From Pseudomonas phage phiKZ, in the sequence record NC_004629.1: a stretch of 32,000 nucleotides of DNA. One strand, given 5' to 3'. The translations under genes were made by a program, and so were the position numbers. Numbering within the stretch: position 1 is the stretch's first letter; each line of letters starts with the position of its first letter. The notes under the pieces were generated by a model, which saw only the letters and a list, made by a program, of their open reading frames with translations, did no database searches and was not told where the DNA came from. Below are positions 18,636 to 27,260 of the stretch, piece by piece.

Positions 18636-18809
18636 ATGCTAGCATTACATTCACTACTATTATTAGTTATAGTGATTTGTTATATAATTCATAAGTGGTT
18701 GTGGTATACTTTCAATATGTTTAAACTAAAAGACATTATTAAAAATAAAGACAATTTAACTAATGATGAACTATTAAAATTACTCATTGATAAAATAAAG
18801 GCAACCTAA
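18636..18809 (+). CDS. Small membrane protein (absent from supplied ORF track)
   Basis: 57 aa MLALHSLLLLVIVCYIIHKWLWYTFNMFKLKDIIKNKDNLTNDELLKLLIDKIKAT; stop overlaps the next start (TAATG). Confidence 0.65.
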   Translation: MLALHSLLLLVIVICYIIHKWLWYTFNMFKLKDIIKNKDNLTNDELLKLLIDKIKAT

Positions 18810-19276
18810 TGTATCCATTCTTTACAGGTAATGAGAAAGTTACTGTAGATGTTCTTGATGATAAACATAATCTACATAGAAGTTGGACTGATTATAAACA
18901 TCCCATCACGACGCGTGTGGACGGTAAACTAACCAATGTGTGGTATAAAGTTGAACCACCGATGAGTGCTAAGGATATTGAAAATAACTTTACAATTGAC
19001 AAAGATAAAGTTAAATTATCTAATCGTTTGCACCAAGCTTTAGATGCAACGTTGATTAAAAATGAATTAGAAGAGTTTAACAAATTAATTGATCTATGCG
19101 TAAAACATGTTAATTCAGTTAGTATTCATCTAGGTCTTACTATTTGGAAATTAGCAGATACTGTAAAATATGAAAAAGCAGATTTAAAGAAACTATTTAA
19201 TGCACATTATACCAAATCTACTGAACTTGTAAAAGAAAAGAATATAGTGCCCTCAGTAGAAGATATCTTCCTATAA
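18809..19276 (+). CDS. Hypothetical phage protein
   Basis: 155 aa ORF. Confidence 0.8.
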   Translation: MYPFFTGNEKVTVDVLDDKHNLHRSWTDYKHPITTRVDGKLTNVWYKVEPPMSAKDIENNFTIDKDKVKLSNRLHQALDATLIKNELEEFNKLIDLCVKHVNSVSIHLGLTIWKLADTVKYEKADLKKLFNAHYTKSTELVKEKNIVPSVEDIFL

Positions 19277-19298
19277 TTTATTTAAAGGTAATACAAAT

Positions 19299-20207
19299 AT
19301 GCTAAAGGTAAAATCATTACTCACTGGCCATATTCTTCGAGCTACCTATGATTGGTTTCTTGAGAATAACTTCAGAGATATTCTAATTGTAGCACATACT
19401 CAATTAGTACCTGATTTATCTGAGGTAGCTCTAAAGCATGCGAAAGAAGATCACACTATCACTTTCAATATCCATCCACGCTGTGCAAAGAATTTTTATA
19501 TCAGTGACGAATATATCTCTTTCAATGTAACAGTAAATGGAGTTGGGGTCAGTATTAAACTTCCTCTTTATGCAGTATTGGGTGTAGTTACACCTATTGA
19601 TGATAATTCTAACGCATTCTTTGAAATGCCACTAGTAGATAGATATCTCAATGCAGATACTATTCGTGCAACATTAGAAGGAACTGTTAATAATGTAGTT
19701 GACAAAAACCCAGTATTAACTACCGTAGGTAATGTCACTGAGGTTAATTTTAAAAATAAAGCCGATACCACTAATGGTAAGTTAGTTGTAAGGAATACAT
19801 CTGAGAATGAGCATGATCAGATGATTGAAAGCGCCATTAACAGAGTAACTGAATTTAGTAATCCAGAATTAGATGCACATATTAGAGTAGCGGTAACTGT
19901 AATTAAACAGAATGCACCAGAATTAATTATGGATTGGTGTGAGCGGGTTATTAATTGTACACGTAATGAAAACTATCAGGATAACATCAATGTACTTATG
20001 ATGGAACTCCTCAGTTACCCTATTTCAAATGTGGTTAGTGAATCAACTGTGGACTCGGGTGATAATACATCTAATTCATTTGACAATGATGTAAATAAGA
20101 TGGTTGAGGATTTCAATAATTCTTCCAATTCGCAGGTTATTATTAATAAACCTTCTCGTCCTACCGGTACACCAAAACTCACTGTTATTAAAGGTGGTAA
20201 GAAATGA
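19299..20207 (+). CDS. sspB: SspB-like ClpXP adaptor with phage-specific central insert
   Basis: ILRATYDWFLENN...ITFNIHPRCAKNFYISDEYISFNVTVNGVGVSIKLPLYAVLGV...AFFE aligns by eye with E. coli SspB LLRAFYEWLLDNQ...IVLNIAPRAVGNLELANDEVRFNARFGG...VSVPLAAVLAIYARENGAGTMFE; C-term TPKLTVIK resembles RPALRVVK. Confidence 0.82.
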   Translation: MLKVKSLLTGHILRATYDWFLENNFRDILIVAHTQLVPDLSEVALKHAKEDHTITFNIHPRCAKNFYISDEYISFNVTVNGVGVSIKLPLYAVLGVVTPIDDNSNAFFEMPLVDRYLNADTIRATLEGTVNNVVDKNPVLTTVGNVTEVNFKNKADTTNGKLVVRNTSENEHDQMIESAINRVTEFSNPELDAHIRVAVTVIKQNAPELIMDWCERVINCTRNENYQDNINVLMMELLSYPISNVVSESTVDSGDNTSNSFDNDVNKMVEDFNNSSNSQVIINKPSRPTGTPKLTVIKGGKK

Positions 20208-20461
20208 ATGCAACTTTAGCAATTCTTTTTAGTAGTATCAGTATCGCTGGTTATCAAGCCAATGGTGCATCGTAGTCAACCGCTGAGTTCTCTGACATGG
20301 CTACTTGTTTTAGCGCGATTGAGCGCATTCAAAAACTAGCTAAAGCAAGTGCTATTCGTAATAATGTAGAGACTGTAAAAATCAGTGATGGTGTTCTATT
20401 ACGTTATTTTTCTTCTAGTACTAGTAAAGTAGAACATACTCTAATCTGTGTAAATAAATAG
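20204..20461 (+). pseudogene. TAG-interrupted ORF encoding a putative exported protein
   Basis: MNATLAILFSSISIAGYQANGAS-TAG(20273-20275)-STAEFSDMATCFSAIERIQKLAKASAIRNNVETVKISDGVLLRYFSSSTSKVEHTLICVNK-TAG; same frame before and after; ATGA overlap with upstream gene. Confidence 0.6.
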
Positions 20462-20469
20462 GTACGGAT

Positions 20470-21177
20470 ATGTCTGAGAAAATGTATTTATCTTTTTCTG
20501 GAATTGGACACAATGACGTAATCAAACAAGATCTTAATGGATTCGTTCCAATGGATGTATCAACTATTGATAATGAAGTGGCTGATCGATTATTTTATAC
20601 TCCATTCAATAGTTCTGAACCAGGTACCTCATTACCTAATGTTGCTAATGTGGTATTCAAGGTATTACCTATCCATATCGAGGATAACACTATCTGTGTT
20701 TTAGATAGTTGTTCTAGTACCGAATACTCATTGAATGACTTAGTTGATACCAGTGTCTCATCATTAGAAACATATGGTCCATTAATAGATTTACGTAGTA
20801 GTGATCCAATTGAGACATATGCTAATCAGGCAGTGTATACTTGGTTAAATAAGAATATCTGTGATATCGAATTTGAAGTACATGGCGGGCTGCAAGTGCA
20901 ACTAACTGCTGACCAAGTGCGTTCCAATGTTAATGCATTTGTAGCAGGTATTGATCTTGACATCGACGATAAATTGATGGTATATGTGGTGATTAAAATC
21001 AATGATCGTTTATACGATGCTTGGTCTAGTCAACATGTGGTGGAACCATTAACAATGTATCATGTGCAAGGTGGTCATGAGCCTATTGTCTATAGTGAGA
21101 CCCATATTGAAAATAGCCTATTGCGATATGCTAAAGAGAAAGGTTGGGCTGAAATTTTGACTCGTATTGGTCTGTAA
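20470..21177 (+). CDS. Hypothetical phage protein
   Basis: 235 aa ORF. Confidence 0.85.
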   Translation: MSEKMYLSFSGIGHNDVIKQDLNGFVPMDVSTIDNEVADRLFYTPFNSSEPGTSLPNVANVVFKVLPIHIEDNTICVLDSCSSTEYSLNDLVDTSVSSLETYGPLIDLRSSDPIETYANQAVYTWLNKNICDIEFEVHGGLQVQLTADQVRSNVNAFVAGIDLDIDDKLMVYVVIKINDRLYDAWSSQHVVEPLTMYHVQGGHEPIVYSETHIENSLLRYAKEKGWAEILTRIGL

Positions 21178-21241
21178 TAAAAATACTTCTTATAGACTAA
21201 TAATATAGGTAAGATACTAGCCGATTGGTTAGTTGCGCTTA

Positions 21242-21261
21242 GGGAGTCCTTCGGGACTCCC
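21242..21261 (+). terminator. UUCG-loop hairpin, possible terminator
   Basis: GGGAGTCC-TTCG-GGACTCCC; no T-tract follows. Confidence 0.45.
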
Positions 21262-21282
21262 GTATATCGTCTAGGAGGTTTT

Positions 21283-21576
21283 ATGTATACAGTTACACTT
21301 GAACAAGTAGGACACCGTATACCGTCTAGTTTAAGTGCTTTTGTAATTAGACCGTTTGAAAATACCATTACGCATAATGATACGTCTTATTACTTGATCA
21401 TGGGTAAAGATGATTTCGATAACATGCACATGGAATGGCGAGATGTAGCTGTAGTTGATAGTCAAGCCGTTATAGTTGCTACATACACTCCATCGAAAAA
21501 CTCATTTAATCTTGTAAAAAATGAATTAGGTATTCCAGTTAATATCAAATACAAACGGATAGAGGTTGATCTATGA
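21283..21576 (+). CDS. Hypothetical phage protein
   Basis: 97 aa, AGGAGG RBS. Confidence 0.85.
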   Translation: MYTVTLEQVGHRIPSSLSAFVIRPFENTITHNDTSYYLIMGKDDFDNMHMEWRDVAVVDSQAVIVATYTPSKNSFNLVKNELGIPVNIKYKRIEVDL

Positions 21577-21603
21577 TTACCAGTAAGGTTAGAGGAATGA
21601 AGT

Positions 21604-21804
21604 ATGGATCGTCTTGATGAAAGAATCGCATTCAGTGTAAAGTCGTACAAAATTTTCAATGCTCTCTCCCATGGCCGAGTTCGGGCATTGATTATTAACT
21701 TTAAAGATGGTAAGGGTACGATCGTATCTATTAGTGATGATCGCCGCCATGATAAACATCTCTGGTTCAACTGTGGACTAGTAGACAATCCGAGGATCAA
21801 GTAA
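21604..21804 (+). CDS. Hypothetical phage protein
   Basis: 66 aa; stop overlaps start of thymidylate synthase. Confidence 0.75.
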   Translation: MDRLDERIAFSVKSYKIFNALSHGRVRALIINFKDGKGTIVSISDDRRHDKHLWFNCGLVDNPRIK

Positions 21805-23270
21805 TGGAACAATATCTTAATTCAATCCGTTTAGTTAAAGAACACGGTGTACATAAAGGTGACCGTACTGGTACTGGTACTCAGAGCATGTTTGGTCAAC
21901 AAGAACGTTATAGTCTGCGTAATAATCGGCTACCAGTTGTAACCACCAAGAAGATTCATCTAGCTTCTGTAATTCATGAATTGTTCTGGATGCTGTCAGG
22001 TGATACTAAGGTGGATTACCTGATCGCTAATGGTGTACGCATCTGGAACGAGTGGGTTAAACCTGAAACCGCAGTATATGAGCCGATGACCGATGAGGCC
22101 GTTCTTAAAGCAGTAACTGCCCTCATTGGTGCCCCATTCGTAATGTACTTACATTGTATGAACGATGACTCTACTCCATTCATTGAGACTGTAGCGGAAT
22201 TCGAGTCGGGTATGACTCCAGAGACTATTCAGGCCTTCTGGGATGAATATCCAGTTAACCGTGAGGAAATCCAATACATCATTGGAGTTAGCGTAACGTC
22301 GTGGAATAGGTTCGCTACTGAAGGGTTCGATGAAGCCAAAAATCCTGAAGGTATTCGTGCTGAATATAACAAGCGACTGTATCGTGCTTTGATGCATAAA
22401 GAACCAGAGCGTCTGGTCGGCGGCGATCTAGGTGCTGTTTACGGTAAGACATGGCGTAATCTTGAAGACACTCGTGTAATCCCTAAATATGAGTGGTTTG
22501 ATTATGAGAAGCGTGGTTTTGACTTCGTGGCGGATATCCCAGGTACAACCATGGAAACCGATAGATGCGTGGTTACTCGACGTATCGACCAAATCCAAGA
22601 CATCATCGATCAACTTCGCACCAACCCGGATTCTCGTCGGATCATTGTTTGTGCATGGGCGCCACATCTTATTGATGAGCAGGCACTCCCACCTTGCCAC
22701 GCATTTATTCAGTTCTGGACCCGTGAACTGACCGTAGATGAACGAGTGCAAGCTCTAGACCAAACCCAGTTCGAAGCTGATGCTTATCATGATAAGATTA
22801 GTGGTGAGATTACTCGTGGTCAACCTCCATTCGATAGTGCTGAGCAGGTTAAAGCACTTCTGCGTGTCTGTCGTGGTTATGAAAAGGCTACAGATGAAGC
22901 AGTAGTAGAATGGCTGGATCAACATGGTGCTCCGAAACGAGCCATCAGTTGTCAACTCTATCAAAGATCTTGTGATACTTTCTTAGGAAAACCCTTTAAC
23001 ATCACGTTCTATAGTCTGCTGACTCACATGTTAGCTAACCAAATGAATATGATTGCTGAAGAGTTTATCTGGACTGGTGGTGATGTACATATTTACTCTA
23101 ATCACCAAGAACAGACTGATCTTCAATTAACTCGTGAACCGAAGGTTCTACCAACTATTCGTTTCAAACAAGAAGCTATTGGTAAAGATATTCGGGAAAT
23201 TGGTGTAGATGATTTTGTTATCGAAAACTACGAATATCATTCACACATTGCTGGTAAAGTTGCTGTCTAA
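21804..23270 (+). CDS. thyA: Thymidylate synthase with large insertions
   Basis: 488 aa; GDRTGTGTQSMFG, VTTKKIHLASVIHELFW, LRTNPDSRRIIVCAW, LPPCHAFIQF, SCQLYQRSCDTFLGKPFNI, WTGGDVHIYSNH. Confidence 0.95.
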   Translation: MEQYLNSIRLVKEHGVHKGDRTGTGTQSMFGQQERYSLRNNRLPVVTTKKIHLASVIHELFWMLSGDTKVDYLIANGVRIWNEWVKPETAVYEPMTDEAVLKAVTALIGAPFVMYLHCMNDDSTPFIETVAEFESGMTPETIQAFWDEYPVNREEIQYIIGVSVTSWNRFATEGFDEAKNPEGIRAEYNKRLYRALMHKEPERLVGGDLGAVYGKTWRNLEDTRVIPKYEWFDYEKRGFDFVADIPGTTMETDRCVVTRRIDQIQDIIDQLRTNPDSRRIIVCAWAPHLIDEQALPPCHAFIQFWTRELTVDERVQALDQTQFEADAYHDKISGEITRGQPPFDSAEQVKALLRVCRGYEKATDEAVVEWLDQHGAPKRAISCQLYQRSCDTFLGKPFNITFYSLLTHMLANQMNMIAEEFIWTGGDVHIYSNHQEQTDLQLTREPKVLPTIRFKQEAIGKDIREIGVDDFVIENYEYHSHIAGKVAV

Positions 23271-23277
23271 CATAAAT

Positions 23278-23295
23278 GCCTCCCTTTGGGGAGGC
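23278..23295 (+). terminator. Terminator hairpin
   Basis: GCCTCCC-TTTG-GGGAGGC then TTTATTT. Confidence 0.75.
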
Positions 23296-23403
23296 TTTAT
23301 TTCCCTATGGTTCATTTGGGATATTCAGCGAATACTACTATGCACAGACTCCTGCCTAGTGGACCGATGTAGTACGTAAATACAATACAAAGGAATTTGT
23401 CCT

Positions 23404-23811
23404 ATGAACAACACTGAACTGAAGCGTCAACTTGAAATGGTTATTGAACTGATGGGGGTCTTTCCTGATCCTCTCACGATCGGTATCGCCGGTAATAGAG
23501 TAACCAAAGAAACTCGCTGTAGCCTTTTTAACGGAAAAGATCCAGGTGAAGAGTTTAGTATTGGTCTTGGTATCAGTAGTCGCAAGCAATGGTTGAAGCT
23601 TGCAGATCATGCACTGATTCTTACTAAGCCCGAGAAAGAGCCTATTGTCATCCCGTACGAGGCTATATGCGAACTATCGGCACCACTGAAATTCGAAGAG
23701 GAACTTGTGAGCAAAGGTTGGTTTGTATACAACTTGCTGGGTACATCGATGTTCATGTATCTGGACACAGGTAAAGAAGAAAAACTCAAATTTGAAAAGG
23801 TTGGTGGATAA
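23404..23811 (+). CDS. Hypothetical phage protein
   Basis: 135 aa; overlaps the start of the next gene by 1 nt. Confidence 0.8.
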   Translation: MNNTELKRQLEMVIELMGVFPDPLTIGIAGNRVTKETRCSLFNGKDPGEEFSIGLGISSRKQWLKLADHALILTKPEKEPIVIPYEAICELSAPLKFEEELVSKGWFVYNLLGTSMFMYLDTGKEEKLKFEKVGG

Positions 23812-24644
23812 TGGATCAACGTCATCCAGTTAACGATGAGATGCGGGTAACGATTAATGTAGAACTAGACCGTATCGAAAAGAAATATGGTGTAAAGATT
23901 ATTTATGCTTGTGAGTCCGGTAGTCGTGGATGGGGCTTTGCTTCAACCAATAGTGACTATGACGTTCGTTTCATTTACGTTAACCATCCGAGTCATTATG
24001 TTCGTGTGGATAATGAAGCACGTGATACTATTGAAGAGATGGTGTCTAAAGAACTAGACCTAGCTGGTTGGAGTATCACTAAGACTCTTCAGCTTGCTTA
24101 CAAGTCTAACCCCACTCTCTTGGAATGGCTAAACTCCCCAATCGTTTACCGTAAGGTTGATCGGGACTACAAGTTAATCCGTGATGCTGCGCTAAAGCAC
24201 TTCATCCCTGAATCGAGTTACATGCATTATATCTCGATGGCCAAACAAACCAAAATGCGTTGGTTGTCAGATGAGAAAGTCCGGATGAAGAAATACTTCT
24301 ATTCTCTTCGTCCTCTGTTGGCTGCAATGTGGGTCCGTGAAAGTCTGGAACATCCACCGATGGTATTCCATGATCTACTGCCTCTTCTAACAGATCCTAT
24401 CCTTTATAAACGTATCCAAGAACTGGTTAATGATAAGGTTGGGGCTACTGAACAGGATCTGATAGATCGTTGCCCTATATTAGATCAGTTCATCGATTTT
24501 CAATTGAGTCGTGAGAAACCAGACTTCGGTAAATACGAACGTCCGGACATCTATGCACTTACCGATCTAGCCTGGCATTTTGTTGACCAGTACAAGATCG
24601 ACACATTCGCGAAACTACAGGGCATCGAACGAAGAAAATATTAG
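23811..24644 (+). CDS. RlaP/YcgL-type nucleotidyltransferase (Pol-beta superfamily)
   Basis: 277 aa; IIYACESGSRGWGFASTNSDYDVRFIYV (GS...SDxD core), SPIVYRKV. Confidence 0.85.
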   Translation: MDQRHPVNDEMRVTINVELDRIEKKYGVKIIYACESGSRGWGFASTNSDYDVRFIYVNHPSHYVRVDNEARDTIEEMVSKELDLAGWSITKTLQLAYKSNPTLLEWLNSPIVYRKVDRDYKLIRDAALKHFIPESSYMHYISMAKQTKMRWLSDEKVRMKKYFYSLRPLLAAMWVRESLEHPPMVFHDLLPLLTDPILYKRIQELVNDKVGATEQDLIDRCPILDQFIDFQLSREKPDFGKYERPDIYALTDLAWHFVDQYKIDTFAKLQGIERRKY

Positions 24645-24693
24645 TCAATAAAGAAAAAAGTTTAATACCATCTTATTAAAAGGAAAATATTTT

Positions 24694-25194
24694 ATGCTAT
24701 TTAAAGATGAACTATGCATCGAAAATATCTTAGTAAAAGAAAAACTATATCTAGTTAAAAATATTGGTCGGACTCGTGAGGTATATCCTAATCCAGAAGT
24801 AATGTATAAGGATATTAAGAAGTTCACTAAAACGTATGGTGTGATTCCAATGCAGTTCTTAGGGCCACTACTTCATGAAATCGTTGAACGAGAAGATTTC
24901 GCCCTAAGAGAAAAAGAAGCACAGAAATTCATTGATAATAATCCTTATACTTTAGTTGAACCTATCGGTAATATTCATCTTGACTACGTTATTCGTAATT
25001 ATATTATCCCAACTACTACTGATCCAGATTGTAATAAATTCACTATTAATCTTTATAAGTATAAAGAATTTTTAGAAGAGGTTACTAATAGGTTAAACAT
25101 GCGACCTTTTTGGGCTGGCTGGATGCCTAATCGTAATTACTTACTGGCGATGCGTGAACGTCTACTTACCATCCAGGATATTGTGGAAAATTAA
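24694..25194 (+). CDS. Hypothetical phage protein
   Basis: 166 aa ORF. Confidence 0.8.
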   Translation: MLFKDELCIENILVKEKLYLVKNIGRTREVYPNPEVMYKDIKKFTKTYGVIPMQFLGPLLHEIVEREDFALREKEAQKFIDNNPYTLVEPIGNIHLDYVIRNYIIPTTTDPDCNKFTINLYKYKEFLEEVTNRLNMRPFWAGWMPNRNYLLAMRERLLTIQDIVEN

Positions 25195-25293
25195 TGAAGT
25201 TTAGAATGTTAAAAGTTAATGTATTCAATTTACTCTACTACATACTTTACCCTACTCCATATTGGGGTAGGGGTATTAAGGTGGGGTATAAAT

Positions 25294-25587
25294 ATGTCAA
25301 GCAACAAACTATCTGCACAACTTAATCGTCATCACAATACTCGTATAGTTAATTATTATGTTTCACTAGCCGCGAGTCGTTATAATGACACTAATCCTTC
25401 AGCAAAGGCTAAAGGTAAATGGCGTAAACATAATCCGTTTAACTGCGGTAGGTCTCGTTGTATGCTATGTGGTAATCCGCGTAAACATTGGAATAGGATT
25501 ACTCTTAATGAATTAAAAATAAATATTTCATTAAAAGAGCAACTCAATGATCTTTATGTAGATTATACTACGCTGGCTGAGGATTAA
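25294..25587 (+). CDS. Small basic zinc-knuckle-like protein (start refined from 25219)
   Basis: MSSNKLSAQLNRHHNTR...WRKHNPFNCGRSRCMLCGNPRKHWNR; CX4CX2C cluster; upstream part spans a hairpin. Confidence 0.7.
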   Translation: MSSNKLSAQLNRHHNTRIVNYYVSLAASRYNDTNPSAKAKGKWRKHNPFNCGRSRCMLCGNPRKHWNRITLNELKINISLKEQLNDLYVDYTTLAED

Positions 25588-25658
25588 ATTATGCATGAAG
25601 AATATGAAGCAATTTAATAGTTTAGATTAACCATTCGAAATAAATTTGGAATTAGCAA

Positions 25659-25781
25659 ATGAAAGTTAAAAATAAGCAACAGCCTAAGTTTGTCAATCTA
25701 GCTACTATGCAAGCTGCTTGGCGGCTTAATAATGCAGAACTCAAAGCTAAACGTGAAGCTAAAGAGAAACAAAAAGAGTAA
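25659..25781 (+). CDS. Small basic protein (absent from supplied ORF track)
   Basis: 40 aa MKVKNKQQPKFVNLATMQAAWRLNNAELKAKREAKEKQKE. Confidence 0.5.
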   Translation: MKVKNKQQPKFVNLATMQAAWRLNNAELKAKREAKEKQKE

Positions 25782-25800
25782 AACTATTTAGTTGCATAAA

Positions 25801-25823
25801 GAGAGAGGATAAATTCCTCTCTC
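25801..25823 (+). terminator. Terminator hairpin with T-tract
   Basis: GAGAGAGGA-TAAAT-TCCTCTCTC then TTTTT. Confidence 0.85.
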
Positions 25824-25846
25824 TTTTTATGTTGTTTTATAATTTG

Positions 25847-25854
25847 TATACTAC
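25847..25854 (+). promoter_or_regulatory. Putative early promoter element (variant)
   Basis: TATACTAC directly after a terminator, but only 14 nt before the ATG at 25869. Confidence 0.35.
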
Positions 25855-25868
25855 AGGTATATTTCAAT

Positions 25869-26285
25869 ATGGAATCTTATTTACACATACCACTACTGAA
25901 TGCAGCTATTCATGCAATGCATAATGAAATGATGCGTATTCTATCATCGAAGTATTCTTTAAATAAACTGCCGCAAATTTTAAATAAAAAATACTATATT
26001 GGGGATGATGTATTTTTTAATATAGCTTGTAACATGGTGAATCATACGCCTAATTTAATTACAACTACAATTGAAGTTGAGGCATACATTCCGGATTTAT
26101 CCATATCTGAATATATGTATCGCTTTATTCTTTCTAACACTTATATAAAAAATAATGATCTAATATCAATAGCCAATGGAACTATTCAACTAAGTATTAA
26201 AGATAATTATGAACTAGATAGAAATATCCTAACTGATATGTTTGTTCTTTATTCTCAGATCACTGAACCTAAAGAGGATTTTTAA
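25869..26285 (+). CDS. Hypothetical phage protein
   Basis: 138 aa ORF. Confidence 0.8.
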   Translation: MESYLHIPLLNAAIHAMHNEMMRILSSKYSLNKLPQILNKKYYIGDDVFFNIACNMVNHTPNLITTTIEVEAYIPDLSISEYMYRFILSNTYIKNNDLISIANGTIQLSIKDNYELDRNILTDMFVLYSQITEPKEDF

Positions 26286-26286
26286 G

Positions 26287-26769
26287 ATGATTGAGCATTT
26301 AAATAAAGATAACTTCTTTTCATGGGGTGCTGTAGTAGGCGGTGTGCTATTACAGTATTTTGAAAATGGTAAACTTGAAGGTGGGTATGATATATCTAAA
26401 TTCAGTGATTATGCCAACGGCCTAGTTATTACAGGTGGTATAACTCATCGAAAAAATATCGGGATCCTGAGTGGTCAAGGTGATGATGAAGATCTGTTTT
26501 TAGTATTTGTCATAAGTAATACAGATAGTCCACATGTTGTATGGTATTATGATATTTATAAAGATAATGAAGGTATTTGTTTTACAAATGCTTCGCCTAC
26601 TAGTGGTCGTATTTTTAAATCAAATACTGATGAAAATAATGACCTGTCGATAAGTCAATTACTTAAAGTAGTTAAATACTTAGTAGATGAACGAGTTCGT
26701 TTAAATAAAAATATAGTTAATTCATCAGGTTATGAAATCATTGAAGAAGATAAAGACTTTCAACTATAA
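26287..26769 (+). CDS. Hypothetical phage protein (start refined from 26242)
   Basis: ATG at 26287 preceded by GAGGATTTTTAAG. Confidence 0.75.
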   Translation: MIEHLNKDNFFSWGAVVGGVLLQYFENGKLEGGYDISKFSDYANGLVITGGITHRKNIGILSGQGDDEDLFLVFVISNTDSPHVVWYYDIYKDNEGICFTNASPTSGRIFKSNTDENNDLSISQLLKVVKYLVDERVRLNKNIVNSSGYEIIEEDKDFQL

Positions 26770-26797
26770 TAGGTCTTTTACAAAGTTACCATAAAGT

Positions 26798-26813
26798 CCT
26801 CCCTTCGGGGAGG
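26798..26813 (+). terminator. Terminator hairpin
   Basis: CCTCCC-TTCG-GGGAGG then CTTTATA. Confidence 0.7.
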
Positions 26814-26845
26814 CTTTATATTGTGTTTTTTTGTATTCAAATGTA

Positions 26846-26862
26846 TTTAAACAGTATATTAC
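26846..26862 (+). promoter_or_regulatory. Putative early promoter element
   Basis: TTTAAACAG-TATATTAC, 36 nt before 26899. Confidence 0.7.
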
Positions 26863-26898
26863 ACATATGAATTCAATCTTGAAAAAAGGAGATATGTC

Positions 26899-27228
26899 AT
26901 GAATATGTCAACTATTTCCACTGGTGTTCTGGTACTAGGTGGCATCGCATTTGGTTATCATCTTTTTGATGGGGCGCGCTCCATTTACAAAGAATGGTCT
27001 ATGGAATACATTTACAAAAAGCAAATGGCTAAGGTAAAGGAGCAGCTTACCGAATATGAAAATAAGTATGTTGAGATTCCATCAATAGCTGAAATAAATA
27101 TCTATATCGAACCAGTTCTAACTGAAGCTTTAAATAAACTTGATCGGTATAGCTACAGCTGCTTCTTACATGATGTCGAACAGTACATCGAGTTTATTAT
27201 TGATAATTATCGTGTAGTTAATCGATAA
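26899..27228 (+). CDS. Putative N-terminally anchored membrane protein
   Basis: 109 aa; STGVLVLGGIAFGYHLF. Confidence 0.8.
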   Translation: MNMSTISTGVLVLGGIAFGYHLFDGARSIYKEWSMEYIYKKQMAKVKEQLTEYENKYVEIPSIAEINIYIEPVLTEALNKLDRYSYSCFLHDVEQYIEFIIDNYRVVNR

Positions 27229-27240
27229 TAAGAGCATATG

Positions 27241-27260
27241 GCCCTCCCTTCGGGGAGGGC
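27241..27260 (+). terminator. Terminator hairpin
   Basis: GCCCTCCCTTCGGGGAGGGC. Confidence 0.7.

Noticed and set aside
20204-20461. Genome-wide TAG recoding as the explanation for the interrupted ORF
   Set aside because: TAG is the terminal stop of several other genes in the window (8059, 24644, 29593, 31468)
22322-22336. GGGTTCGAT resembling a tRNA T-arm
   Set aside because: Lies within the thymidylate synthase coding sequence
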